Source: Octopus sinensis (lineage: Eukaryota). Taken from it: a stretch of 64,000 nucleotides of DNA. The notes beneath the pieces are model-generated. The model did no database searches and was not told where the DNA came from. It was given only the letters and a program-made list of their open reading frames with translations. This document shows, piece by piece, positions 25,775 to 39,338 of the stretch. Both the position numbers and the translations under genes were made by a program. The stretch spans positions 9,114,001-9,178,000 of the forward strand of contig NC_043003.1 of NCBI RefSeq assembly GCF_006345805.1, read 5' to 3'. Numbering within the stretch: the stretch's first letter is position 1; each line of letters opens with the position of its first letter.

Positions 25775-27460
25775 AGTGAGCCGGCATAATCGTTAGCACG
25801 CCGGGCAAAATGCTTAGCGGTATTTCGTCTGCCGCTACGTTTTGAGTTCAAATTCCACCGAGATCGACTTTGCCTTTCATCCTTTCGGGGTCGATAAATT
25901 AAGTACCAGTTACGCACTAGGGTCGATGTAATAGACTTAATCCGTTTGTCTGTCCTTGTTTGTCCCCTCTGTGTTTAGCCCCTTGTGAGTAGTAAAGAAA
26001 TAGAAATAGGTATTTCGTCTGCCGCTACATTCTGAGTTCAAATTCCGCCGAGGTCGACTTCGGGGTTGATAAAATACATAACATTTTAGCACTGGTGTCC
26101 ATGTAATCGACTAATGCCCATCCTCGAAATGGCTGGCCCTGTGCCAAAATTTGAAACCTTAATGTCGCGAGTTGGGAGAATGGTTAGCACGCTGGGCGGC
26201 ATTTTGTCCAGCTTTACGTTCAGAATTTAAAGAAGGCCGAGGTCGACTTTGTCTTTCATCATTTCTGGATCGATGAAATAAGTACCAGTCGCGCTCTGGG
26301 GTCGACATAATCGATTAGCTCCTTCCTGCAAATTTCAGGCCTTGTGCCTATAGTTGAAAGTATTATTGCTGTTGTCTTCTGATCCAATATATATATATAT
26401 ATATTTTTTTTATTGCCCACAGGGGGCTAAACATAGAGGGGAAAAAGAAGGACAGACAAACGGATTAAGTCGATTATATCGACCCCGAAAGGATGAAAGG
26501 CAAAGTCGACCTCGGCGGAATTTGAACTCAGAACATAGCGGCAGACGAAATACCGCAAAGCATTTCGCCCGGAGTGCTAACGTCTCTGCCAGCTCGCCGC
26601 CTTCTTTGATCCCATATATTAAATAGATAAGGGCCTTGTGCCTAGAGTAGAAAAGACTATATTAATTAGACAAAGGTAAAGCAAAGATAAAGCTAAAGAT
26701 CCTTTTCTACTCTAGGCACAAAGCCCGAAATTTTGGGGTGGAGTCCAATCGATTAGGTCAACACCAGTATGCAACTGGTACTTAATTTATCGACCCCAAA
26801 AGGATGAAAGGCAAAGTCGATCTCGGCGGAATTTGAACTCAGAAAGACGAAATATTGCTAAGCATTTCTGCCAGCTCGTCGCCTTTACACTGATTGAAAT
26901 GATTATTTCAAATTTTGGCACAAGGCCAGCAATTTTTGTAGAAGAGATGAGTCGATTACATCGACCCCAGTGTTCAACTGGTACTTAATCTATCGGCCTC
27001 TAAAGGATGAAAGGCAAATTCGACCTCTGCGGAATTTGAACTTAGAACGTAAAGACGGACGAAATGCCGTTAAGCATTTTCCCGGCGCGCTAACGATTCT
27101 GCCAGCTCGCCGCCTTTACACTGTTTAAATAATCCTTTCTACTATCGACCCCGAAAGGGTGAAGGGCAAAGGCAATCTCGGCTGAATTTGAACTCAGAAC
27201 ATAGTGACGGGCGAAATACCTATTTCTTTATTACCCACAAGGAGCTAAACACAGAGGGGACAAACAAGGAAAGACATAGGTATTAAGTCGATTACATCGA
27301 CCCCAGTGCGTAACTGGTACTTAATTTATCGACCCTGAAAGGATGAAAGGCAAAGTCGACCTCGGCGGAATTTGAACTCACAACGTAACGCAGACGAAAT
27401 ACCGCTCAGCATTTCGCCCGGCGTACTAACGTTTCTGCCAGCTCGCCGCCTTTACACTGT
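25775..27460. mobile_element. Dense cluster of about 8 family-M SINE copies or fragments
   Basis: Family-M head, core and both tail types recur in both orientations. Confidence 0.85.
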
Positions 27461-27984
27461 TTAAAATGACGATGGTATTGTGTTAGCTTTCACACTCTGA
27501 TCGTAACGCTTCTCGAATCAGGGCTGACAACAGGATCTGCTTCTAAAATTTATATTCAATTCGTTGTTCACATCTGCAGCAACGAAAGAGTCTACTGTAA
27601 AGCTATTGGCGTTAATAGCGCCACAGACACTGCCAAAGGATGAGATTACGTCCATGAAACACTAGCCACAAAAGAACTAATAAATGAAATGCTCTTTCAG
27701 TGTGACGGCATCGAACTGGTGGAGTAGTTACATCTTCAGTATGTTCGCATTAAGACTGACGGGTTTGACAGCCGAAATGAAGTGGTTTGAATAACTTCTT
27801 CAATTGCTGTGAATTTCGAAAGTGTCTGAGAATAGCCACTTCTCTGTTGATTTTGCAGACATCAACCGACTTTAGACGCCAGTCTAGTCTCATTAGAATC
27901 TTGCCGAAAGACAAATGCTGGAATCTTCTTCTTCCTCTCCTCTCCTCTCCGCACTTCCACTCATCCACTCATATATTCAAATTG

Positions 27985-28201
27985 GTGTATGTGTGTGAGT
28001 GTGTGTGTGTGTTGTGTGTGAGTGTGTGTGTGTTGTGTGTGTTGTGTGTGTTGTGCGTATGCGTGTATGAGCGCGTATATGCATATACTATCACCGTGAT
28101 TACCATTTTCACTAAGACTACCACCACATCCACCCCCACCACCACATTTCCCCAGCATTACTACTACAACAGCTACAACAACAACAACAACAACAACAAC
28201 A

Positions 28202-28243
<42 letters not shown>

Positions 28244-28380
28244 GCTACTGCTGCTGCTGCTTCTGCTTCTGTTGCTGCCATCACCACTACTACCCCACCC
28301 TCATTAACTCACCACAACCACTACCACCACCTCTACCACTAATATGCACACACACGCACACACACACACACACACACACA
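27985..28380. repeat. Compound microsatellite: (GT)n, (ACC)n, (ACA)n(ACT)n(GCT)n, (CA)n
   Basis: Directly visible. Confidence 0.9.
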
Positions 28381-29207
28381 TATGTAAAAGTGCATATCAT
28401 TTAAATCACTTTTTATAGCTTTCTCTACCGATTTTCTATAGAAATTAGAACTAACACCGGTATCTAGAGATAACTTTAAAAAGTGGTTGAATTGCACTGC
28501 TAACACAGGCAGGGTACTGTGTTGACTTATAAGCCTTTATTATACTTGGTAGTATACTAATGTTGTTTAATGAGATACGGTGTCATTACCAATAATTAAT
28601 ATTTATTTAAAAAACGTTCGTCGATAATCAAGAAACGTGACTTGCATCCTTTCAGCGGGTTACTATATTCCTCTCTAAAGATTTCTTCATTATATATTCC
28701 ACTCAAGAGTGGCTGTGTGGTAAGTAGCTTGCTTACCAACCATACGGTTTCGGGTTCAGTCCCACTGTGTGGCACCTTGAGCAAGTGTCTTCTACTATAG
28801 CCTCGGTTCAACCAAAGTTTAGTGGGTGGATTTGGTAGACGGAAACTGAAAGAAGCCCGTCGTATGTGTATGTATACATATATCTATGTATATTAGAAGA
28901 AATGAGGTAATCAGAAGATCGGATGGTTTGTATTTACAGATATTTATTTATTTATATATTACATTTTTTACATATATATCATATCACTTAGTCCATTAGC
29001 GTTTTCTCCCATTCTAGTGGGGTTTTCAAATGAAATTAAGATTATAGATGAGTAGTATGTATATATATATATATACTGTCTTTCTTATCTTTCTATGCAG
29101 TAAGATTTTTATATTATATCAGATTGTAGATGAGTATACTTGGTATCAAATTCTAGATGAGTATACTTGGTATCAAATTGTGAACAGACATACACCCCAC
29201 GCCACCT

Positions 29208-29273
<66 letters not shown>

Positions 29274-29428
29274 TATACGCATACGTTTCTTGATTTCATT
29301 CGTTGCCATAAAACAAACACGTTGCGAAGAAATTCTTATAGCAGATCATTCTCCGGATTTGAACTGAGAGCAGCTTTGATAAAAGTATAATTCGCTCGCG
29401 GTTAACATTACTATATTTGATCATTCTG

Positions 29429-29815
29429 TGGAGGTGCAATGGCCCAGTGGTTAGGGCAGCGGACTCGCGGTCATAGGATCGCGGTTTCGATTCCCAGACC
29501 GGGCGTTGTGAGTGTTTATTGAGCGAAAACACCTAAAGCTCCACGAGGCTCCGGCAGGGGATGGTGGTGATCCCTGCTGTACTCTTTCACCACGACTTTC
29601 TCTCACTCTTACTTCCTGTTTCTGTTGTACCTGTATTTCAAAGGGCCGGCCTTGTCACTCTCTGCGTCACGCTGAATATCCCCGAGAACTACGTTAAGGG
29701 TACACGTGTCTGTGGAGTGCTCAGCCACTTACACGTTAATTTCACGAGCAGGCTGTTCCGTTGATTCGGATCAACCGGAACCCTCGTCGTCGTAACCGAC
29801 GGAGTGCTTCCATCC
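29429..29815 (+). mobile_element. Family-R SINE, body X plus tail D, full length with a 14-bp TSD
   Basis: A-box TGGCCCAGTGG and B-box GGTTTCGATTCCC. TSD ATTTGATCATTCTG at 29415-29428 and 29816-29829. Confidence 0.92.
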
Positions 29816-30284
29816 ATTTGATCATTCTGATCAAAGCTGGCTACAATGCACACCTGAACATAACTATCTTACGTTTCACACAGGGCTGATAAATATTTTA
29901 AGCATAGCTTTTACACACGCATCTAACTACAAAAGTACAGTCGCACGCCGTGCATATTTCTTTTTATTCAAATTTATTAAAACAACTTGTCAGTTATATC
30001 ATCTGCATTACATTCAAATCATTCAAATTATTCAAACCATAAGCGCATACATATTGTCTTGTTTTTATTATGCATGTGATTTAGAGCACGTGACCGTTTA
30101 TGTACATGTGTTTTTGTATTTAAGTAAATGTATTCGGTCGTTTCTGTGTATGCTGCTGTACGTGTGTTTGTATATGTATGCATGTATGTATGTATGTATG
30201 TATGTATGTATGTATGTATGTATGTATGTATGCATGCATGTATGTATGTATGTATGTATGTATTTATGTATGTATAAATAGATA

Positions 30285-30735
30285 GGCGCAGGAGTGGCTG
30301 TGTGGTAAGTAGCTTGCTTACCAAACACATGGTTCCGGGTTCAGTCCCACTGCGTGGCATCTTGGGCAAGTGTCTTCTGCTATAGCTATAGCCCCGGGCC
30401 GACCAATGCCTTGTGAGTGGATTTGGTAGGCGGAAACTGAAAGACGCCTGTCGTATATATGTATATATATATATATGTGTGCGTGTGTATATGTTTGTGT
30501 GTCTGTGTTTGTCCCCCTAGCATTGCTTGACAATCGATGCTGGTGTGTTTACGTCCCCGTCACTTAGCAGTTCGGCAAAAGAGACCGATAGAATAAGTAC
30601 TGGGCTTACAAAGAATAAGTCACGGGGTCGATTTGCTCGACTAAAGGCGGTGCTCCAGCATGGCCGCAGTCAAATGACTGAAACAAGTAAAAGAGAGTAA
30701 AAGAGTATATATATATATATGTATGTATGTATATA

Positions 30736-30776
<41 letters not shown>

Positions 30777-30960
30777 TTGTGTGTCTCTGCTTGTCACCCC
30801 AACATCGCTTGGCAACCGATGCTGGTGTGTTCACGTCCCAGTAACTTAGCGGCTCGGCAAAGGATATCGATAGGCTTACAAAGAATAAATCCTTGCTCGA
30901 CTAAAGGCAGTGCTCCAGCATGACCGCTGTCAAATGACTGAAACAAATAAAAGAAAAAGA
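30285..30960 (+). mobile_element. Family-K SINE (30285-30706) followed by a second 3' half (30770-30960)
   Basis: Complete head, microsatellite and tail, then a repeated 3' module. Confidence 0.88.
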
Positions 30961-30962
30961 AA

Positions 30963-30997
<35 letters not shown>

Positions 30998-31075
30998 GTA
31001 TCTATGTATCTATCTGTCTGTCTGTCTGTCTATATGTCTGTCTGTCTGTCTGTCCGTCCGTCTGTCTGTCTATCC

Positions 31076-31183
<108 letters not shown>

Positions 31184-32099
31184 CTATCTATCTATCTATC
31201 TATATATCTGTCTGTTTGTCTGTCTGTCTATCTATCTATTCTATTCTGTTACAATTTGCGTGCGTATTGTATGTGTATGGGCACGCGTGTATTTGTGTGC
31301 GTCTTCACGGGCGCACACGCACACGTTTTCTTGTTTCACAAACGAGATTACTATTACTGAAGAAATATTGTAGCGGTTATACTATTTATTTATTCACAGC
31401 TGGTATTCGCTCCGTCACTGCTCAGATTTCTCTGCTCTTAACGCTCGTCCAGGCAAAATATAATGGAAAAACAGGGGAAAAAAAATGGCGTCTGTATTAT
31501 CTCTATCAACCATTTAACGCATAGTTATTTATTTACTCTCCTACCTATCAAAAGATGAGACGACTTAAATGCCATACTTCACTTAAAGCACACACTCAAT
31601 GTGAAACAATCTATGGTGTGTGATGTGTATAGGTTATAATAGAAAATATATACGATTGTTTTGGTGTGTATTTTCTAATGAAATTACTCTCAATGTACCC
31701 AACTTGGCGTAAGTTATGCGGCAGAGCTAGTTTTATATGAATAAAGTGATGGATCCTTTACCAACTTGGTATACGGTCAAAATTTGTGCTTCTTTATTTG
31801 AGTGTGCAATTTGGCGATGTTCCTGCATCGTAATGGTTAGCACGCTTGCTTGATCAGCAGGATATCCGTTCGATTTTTTTTTACAACTATATAACGTTTT
31901 ATATTGTGTGTGTATGTATGTATGTATGTATGTATGTATGTATGTATGTATGTATGTATGTACGTATGTATGTATATATATGTGTGTGTGTATGCATTTA
32001 CCTACATTCCAACCTGTCTATTTATCCATCCGTATATGCATTTACACACACACATACACATTTGCAATATACATCCATACACAAATACAGAGGAAGAAG

Positions 32100-32142
<43 letters not shown>

Positions 32143-32194
32143 TATATATATTATATATATATATATTATATATATATATGTATATATATATATA

Positions 32195-32230
<36 letters not shown>

Positions 32231-32231
32231 A

Positions 32232-32280
<49 letters not shown>

Positions 32281-32287
32281 ATATGTT

Positions 32288-32320
<33 letters not shown>

Positions 32321-33058
32321 ATGTTTGTATATATATATATGTGTGTGTGTGTGTATGTATACGTGTATGTATTGGTATGCTTGTGTACTTATTCATAGCT
32401 ATTCGTCTCTGCATAACTGCTTGCCTACATTTCCATCACAGTAACTAGACATACACTTACACACAGACGAATATATATCTATTACCATCTGCATTAGTTT
32501 ATTTACTAATCTACAACGCCCGTCTAACGACCTCACCATCAACGTACCTACACATCAGCCCATATACCTATCCACAGTAGATATTTTCCACGTGATTGGT
32601 CGAATGTACAAGCTAAATATAACTGCTAAATATCCTTCAAATTATACTGCACAGTCTTCAGAAGATGGGAGGCACATCAGATAGTGGTTTCCAAAATTTA
32701 CAAAAGCAATGAAAGAACGTGATAACCATCGATTAAACGTCTTTGATCATAAGGCTTCCTATTTAATTTATTAATCTAAGTTTCCGTTTTCCAACCAATA
32801 CCTTAAGTCTAGCATAGCGTAACACTTTTGTCTATTGTGGTTTGCTACAGTGTTATTGATAATTATATCTATAAATGTGTTATACAACATTCTTTCGGTT
32901 ACACAAAACAAGTGCAATCTGGTTCAGTTAGACTAAATAATTCCAGTCACCGTAGCCATATTTCTATCTGTAACTTTATTCAGTAAATGCAAACTTGTGT
33001 TTACTTTTTAAGCAGAAAGAAGCTAACTTTACATGTATACAAACACTCAAATGAAACA

Positions 33059-33107
<49 letters not shown>

Positions 33108-33109
<2 letters not shown>

Positions 33110-33147
33110 TAGCATTATGACCCGTCGTTGCCGGTCATAGTGCTAGT
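33108..33147. repeat. 40-bp palindrome with CTAG at both ends (Helitron-terminus-like) at the edge of (TA)n
   Basis: ACTAGCATTATGACC-cgtcgttgcc-GGTCATAGTGCTAGT: 15-bp arms with one G.T pair. Confidence 0.7.
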
Positions 33148-33399
33148 GCATGTATATATGTGTGTACATATTACATGTACATTTATATATATACATCTAC
33201 ACATAAAATACAAAATACAAAGTTGTATCTTGATATCGCTAATGATAACAATACCCAAAATATATAACAGACTGGAATTGTAGGCCCGTCTCTTGCAATT
33301 TCGATCAATTGTATCTTGTACTCCCTCTTGTATAGAAGTGTGGCTAAAATCCAGCCTACCTCTACTTCTGGGGGGGGGGGGAAGGCATTTTAAATTTTT

Positions 33400-33830
33400 A
33401 TCCGAGACGTACTACGTCCCAGATATAATGGTAAAAATAAAATATTTCCACTTTGCAAGGTTCGAGTCGAGTGCTCCCTTGCACGCTCCGTTGACTTGAA
33501 CCTTGCTTCTATTGTGTCGAATTTACCGCCTCTAGTTAGATATCTTTCATAGTCGCACCAAGACACTTTTCGATTGTGCTTTCCTCCAGGTGTTCAAATC
33601 TTTTTTTTTCTCTACATTGTATAATTTATAGACAATAATCTTTTCTTTAATTTAATTTTTTATTTCGTTTGGTGGTGTTATCCTAGATTCACCGTCTTTG
33701 TCGGTGATCAATCCGAAATAGGTTTGTATTTCTTCCATTTAAATTTTAATGAGTTTGCGCCCGCCGACAGCTGCAGCAAAATTCATTTTTGGACTTTCTT
33801 CTATCGAAGGCATTTTAACAAAAATGCTTC
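33400..33830 (-). pseudogene. Decayed coding-like segment, possibly a LINE ORF1 (RRM-like)
   Basis: Stitched frames give MPSIEESPKMNFAAAVGG...KIIVYKLYNVEKK...EKCLGATMKDI/YLTRGGKFDTIEARFKS...LPLYLGR. The family is not identified. Confidence 0.25.
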
Positions 33831-34367
33831 CGTTTAAACAATAACCAAAGCTCCTTCTCCCAAAGGTGGAGTGTTACGGTTTAAAATTATTTAACAAATG
33901 CAACACAACAACGTTTCCCTTTCGAGGAACCAACAAACGTGATAACAATAGTTAAACAGTAATAATGATAACAACAAACCTTACGGTGAATCAAAAAGCA
34001 GTACGCAGTTGAAGCTATAGTCCTTTATGTATAAGAAATAAACCAACAGCAGTACTCAGTAGAAGCGGCTGTTCGAGAAAATAGACATTACATACAGCCA
34101 AAATTCATATAGATACTTAATGCTAGCTAATGAACAGATAATCTAATGTTAAAGCTGTGGTAAAAGGTATGTGCACAGCTCCATCTGGACTATTCCATTT
34201 CTGCACACTAATTTTATTTTTAATTTATTCCCATTCATGTGAAACCACTTATTCAAGTTCAAGTCATTGATGCAATTTTATACCAATTGCTATTTTACTT
34301 TTGTTATGTTACGATAATATTATACTTTAGTTTGATTTTAATTATTACTTACTACATATAATTCAAA

Positions 34368-35890
34368 CTTCCAAGAAAACTGAAGGAAGGTAAAATATGT
34401 CCTATTCATAAAGGAGGTAGCAGAGCGGAGGCCAAGAACTACAGACCTAACTCTCTGACCTCACACATCAGCAAGGTCATGGAACGAATAGTCAGAAGGA
34501 AACTAATCACCTTCCTCGAAGAAAATGACTTGCTGCCTGACACCCAACATGGTTTCAGACCAGGAAGAAGCTGCTTAACTCAACTCCTACAACACTATGA
34601 CTGGGTGCTGAAACGACTGCTCAACCACTCAAATGTGGAAGTCATATATCTCGACTTTACAAAGGCCTTTGATAAAGTCGATCATGGAATGCTATGTCAC
34701 AAACTGCATGATCTTGGCATAGTTGGAAAATTGGGAGAGTGGCTTCAAGACTTTCTGAAGGATAGAAGTCAGGTGGTAGTAGCCAATGGGGCCACTTCCA
34801 CTTACACGCAAATAGTGAGCGGTGTTCCGAAGGGCACTGTTTTGGGACCACTACCGTTCATAACGGCCCTCTCAGGCATGCCCCCAGCCACGCAGAGAGC
34901 CACGATCACAAGTTATGCAGATGATACAAAAGTTTCACAGGCAATACAGAACCCTGAAGATACTAAGCACCTGCAATGTGAGCTGGACAAAATATACAAG
35001 TGGGCTGAAAAGAATAGCATGCAGTTCAATGCTGAAAAGTTTTAAGCTCTATGCTATCAGCACGCAAAACTAAATGCAATACCCAATAAATACACTGGAC
35101 CTGGAGGGACTGCAATCCCAGAGGCACAATCAGTGCGAGACCTAGGTATTTACATGAGTGATGATGCAACCTTTCATGTGCATGTTGCTAAATTGGCAAT
35201 GAAATGTAGGCGGCTGACCAGATGGATTCTTAGAACCTTCAGAACAAGAGACCAGGAAACCATGATGGTCCTCTGGAGGACACTTGTCCTAAGCCACTTT
35301 GACTATTGCTCTCAGCTATGGTCACCATCCAGTGTCAAGTTAATCACAGAACTTGAGGCGATTCAACGAAGCTACACGAAGAAGATAGCCTCTGTGCAGC
35401 ATATAAGCTATTGGGAAAGACCCAAGAGATTGAGACTCTATTCCTTAGAGCGTAGGCGAGAAAGATATGCCATAATATACATCTGGAAGATCCTAGAAGG
35501 ACTTGTCCCAAACTTTGGCATCGAGAGTTACACAAATGCCAGAACTGGGCGCCACTGCATAGTGCCAAGGACTCCAAATTTGGGACAAGATACTGTGATA
35601 GCTTGGGCTTCCGAAGCCAACAGCTATTCAATATCCTCCCGAAGAACCTAAGAGACCTGCATGGGTGGATGCAGATGTCTTTAAAATGAAACTGTATCTC
35701 TTCTTGTCAGGTATCCCAGATGAACCAACTTCACGGCAGGAGGTGCAGATGAGGGCAACTGCATCGAACTCTCTTATGCACCAAATGGCAATTGCTAAAA
35801 AGCATTCGTGATGTAAAATCATGTAGCAACACCAAATGGCGGTGCCTCAGCATGGCCACAGCTTGTGAGCTGAAACTAGATATAAAAAAA
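34368..35890 (+). mobile_element. 5'-truncated CR1-like LINE (RT and C-terminus, one in-frame stop, short 3' UTR with stem-loop and poly-A)
   Basis: PIHKGG..NYRP.SLTSHISKVMER, QHGFRPGRSC, YLDFTKAFDKVDH, GVPKGTVLGP, YADDTK, RDLGI, YSLERRRERY. ORFs 34479-35045 and 35133-35651 are in the same frame. Confidence 0.93.
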
Positions 35891-38800
35891 AATGGGCTCG
35901 CTCTAGGTAAGAAGTTGAACATTTTTTTACCCATGAAACTACATGGACCCTAAGTAAGGCATGTGTAAAATTTGAATGAAATTGGTTGCGTAGTTCTCAA
36001 GTTTTAGGGAATCGTAGTGGAGAAGATATGATATTGCTGTGGGCTCGCCCTTGGCAAAAAATTCAAAGTTGTTTTGCCGATGACACTCCCCGGACCCCAA
36101 GTAAGGCATGTGTAAAATTTGAATGAAATTGGTTGTGTAGTTCTCAAGTTTTAGGGAAACAGACAGACAGACTCACATTCTCAGTTTTTTATATATATAG
36201 ATGAACAGAGTAAGGAAAACATGTTTTGTGTAGTTTGCGCTATGGGACATACATGTGTTTCGGCAAATCGCTGCGGGCCGGTAGCTGTGGACAGTCGCCA
36301 CTGCGTCGACTGCGGGTCGGTAGCTGTGACAGTCGCCACTGCGTCGACTGCGGGTCGGTAGCTGTGGACAGTCGCCACTGCGTCGACTGCGGGTCGGTAG
36401 CTGTGGACAGTCGCCACTGCGTCGACTACGGGCCGGTAGCTGTGGACAGTCGCCACTGCGTCGACTGTGGGTCGGTAGCTGTGGACAGTCGCCACTGCGT
36501 CGACTACGGGTCGGTAGCTGTGGACAGTCGCCACTGCGTCGACTGCGGGTCGGTAGCTGTGGACAGTCGCCACTGCGTCGACTACGGGCCGGTAGCTGTG
36601 GACAGTCGCCACTGCGTCGACTGCGGGTCGGTAGCTGTGGACAGTCGCCACTGCGTCGATTGCGGGTCGGTAGCTGTGGACAGTCGCCACTGCGTCGACT
36701 GCGGGTCGGTAGCTGTGGACAGTCGCCACTGCGTCGACTGCGGGTCGGTAGCTGTGGACAGTCGCAACTACGTCGACTGCGGGTCGGTAGCTGTGGACAG
36801 TCGCCACTGCGTCGACTGCGGGTCGGTAGCTGTGGACTGTCGCCACTGCGTCGACTGCGGGTCGGTAGCTGTGGACAGTCGCAACTGCATCGACTGCGGG
36901 TCGGTAGCTGTGGACAGTCGCCACTGCGTCGACTGCGGGTCGGTAGCTGTGGACAGTCGCCACTGCGTCGACTGCGGGCCGGTAGCTGTGGACAGTCGCC
37001 ACTGCGTCGACTGCGGGTCGGTAGCTGTGGACAGTCGCCACTGCGTCGACTGCGGGTCGGTAGCTGTGGACAGTCGCCACTGCGTCGATTGCGGGTCGGT
37101 AGCTGTGGACAGTCGCCACTGCGTCGACTGCGGGTCGGTAGCTGTGGACAGTCGCCACTGCGTCGACTGCGGGTCGGTAGCTGTAGACAGTCGCAACTGC
37201 GTCGACTGCGGGTCGGTAGCTGTGGACAGTCGCCACTGCGTCGACTGCGGGTCGGTAGCTGTGGACAGTCGCCACTGCGTCGACTGCGGGTCGGTAGCTG
37301 TGGACAGTCGCCACTGCATCGACTGCGGGTCGGTAGCTGTGGACAGTCGCCACTGCGTCGACTGCGGGTCGGTAGCTGTGGACAGTCGCCACTGCGTCGA
37401 CTGCGGGCCGGTAGCTGTGGACAGTCGCCACTGCGTCGACTGCGGGTCGGTAGCTGTGGACAGTCGCCACTGCGTCGACTGCGGGTCGGTAGCTGTAGAC
37501 AGTCGCAACTACGTCGACTGCGGATCGGTAGCTGTGGACAGTCGCCACTGCGTCGACTGCGGGTCGGTAGCTGTGGACAGTCGCCACTGCGTCGACTGCG
37601 GGTCGGTAGCTGTGGACAGTCGCCACTGCATCGACTGCGGGTCGGTAGCTGTGGACAGTCGCCACTGCGTCGACTGCGGGTCGGTAGCTGTGGACAGTCG
37701 CCACTGCGTCGACTGCGGGCTTAGCTGTGGACAGTCGCCACTGCGTCGACTGCGGGTCGGTAGCTGTGGACAGTCGCCACTGCGTCGACTGCGGGTCGGT
37801 AGCTGTGGACAGTCGCCACTGCGTCGACTGCGGGTCGGTAGCTGTGGACAGTCGCCACTGCGTCGACTGCGGGTCGGTAGCTGTGGACAGTCGCCACTGC
37901 GTCGACTGCGGGCCGGTCGCTGTGGACAGTCGGCACTGCGTCGACTGCGGGTCTGTAGCTGTGGACAGTCGCCACTGCGTCGACTGCGGGCCGGTAGCTG
38001 TGGACAGTCGCCACTGCGTCGACTGCGGGCCGGTAGCTGTGGACAGTCGCCACTGCGTCGACTGCGGACCGATAGCTGTGGACAGTCGCCACTGCGTCGA
38101 CTGCGAGTCGGTATCTGTGGACAGTCACCACTGCGTCGACTGCGGGTCGGTAGCTGTGGACAGTCGCCACTGCGTCGACTGCGGGCCGGTAGCTGTGGAC
38201 AGTCGCCACTGCGTCGACTGCGGGTCGGTAGCTGTGGACAGTCGCCACTGCGTCGACTGCGGGTCGGTAGCTGTGGACAGTCGCCACTGCGTCGACTGCG
38301 GGCCGGTAGCTGTGGACAGTCGCCACTGCGTCGACTGCGGGCCGGTAGCTGTGGACAGTCGCCACTGCGTCGACTGCGGACCGGTAGCTGTGGACAGTCG
38401 CCACTGCGTCGACTGCGGGTCGGTAGCTGTGGACAGTCGCCACTGCGTCGACTGCGGGCCGGTAGCTGTGGACAGTCGCCACTGCGTCGACTGCGGGCCG
38501 GTCGCTGTGGACAGTCGCCACTGCGTCGACTGCGGGCCGGTAGCTGTGGACAGTCGCCACTGCGTCGACTGCGGACCGGTAGCTGTGGACAGTCGCCACT
38601 GCGTCGACTGCGGGCCGGTAGCTGTGGACAGTCGCCACTGCGTCGACTGCGGGCCGGTAGCTGTGGACAGTCGCCACTGCGTCGACTGCGTGCCGGTAGC
38701 TGTGGGCAGTCGCCACTGCGTCGACTGCCGGCCGGTAGCTGTGGACAGTCGCCACTGCGTCGACTGCGGGCCGGTAGCTGTGGACAGTCGCCCCAGTGGC

Positions 38801-38925
38801 GTCCAGAGCGAGCCCATGACACTACATGGACCCTAAGTAAGGCATGTGTAAAATTTGAATGAAATTGGTTGTGTAGTTCCCAAGTTTTAGGGATTCATAC
38901 AGACAGACACACAAGAACACATATT
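35888..38925 (+). mobile_element. Helentron/DINE-1-like non-autonomous element(s) enclosing the minisatellite
   Basis: 13-bp inverted pair ATGGGCTCGCTCT (35892-35904) / AGAGCGAGCCCAT (38805-38817). Three copies of an ~80-bp core (..AAGTAAGGCATGTGTAAAATTTGAATGAAATTGG..) at ~35931, 36078 and 38814. ACAGACAGAC microsatellite and a TATATATAGAT-type end at ~36203. Confidence 0.6.
36271..38792. repeat. GC-rich 39-bp minisatellite, about 65 units
   Basis: Unit GTCGCCACTGCGTCGACTGCGGGTCGGTAGCTGTGGACA gives the 13-aa periodicity of the ORFs. It has 5 CpG and one SalI site per unit. Confidence 0.97.
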
Positions 38926-39065
38926 CGCGCATAAACAGACAAAAATAACATTATATACGAGTGTGTGTTGGCAGGTAGGTATGCATGTATGTATATGTAC
39001 ACATACATATATATATACATACATACAAATACGCTCACACATATATATATAAATACACTCACGCA

Positions 39066-39338
39066 TGTGTACCCTTAACGTAGTTCTCGAGGAGATTCAG
39101 GGTGACACAGTGTGACAAGGCTGGCCCTTTGAAATACAGGTACAAGAGAAACAGGAAGAATGAGCGAGAGAAAGTTGTGGTGAAAGAGTACAGCAGGGTT
39201 CACCCCCCCCCTGCCGGAGCCTCGTGGAGCTTTAGGTGTTTTCGCTCAATAAACACTCACAATGCCCGGTCTGGGAATCGAAATCGCGATCCTCCGACCG
39301 CGAGTCTGCTGCTCTAACCACTGGGCCATTGCACCTCC
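39066..39338 (-). mobile_element. Family-R SINE, body X plus truncated tail D
   Basis: Matches 29429ff on the minus strand. Confidence 0.85.

Noticed and set aside
36271-38792. CRISPR-like array (palindromic ~39-bp repeats)
   Set aside because: The units are contiguous with no unique spacers, there are no cas genes, and the context is eukaryotic.
36181-38862. 507-878 aa ORFs, including a Cys-rich CxxC repeat 'protein'
   Set aside because: Multiple frames on both strands are open only because the 39-bp unit lacks stops. There are frameshifting indels (~36329, ~37720) and no unique coding flanks.
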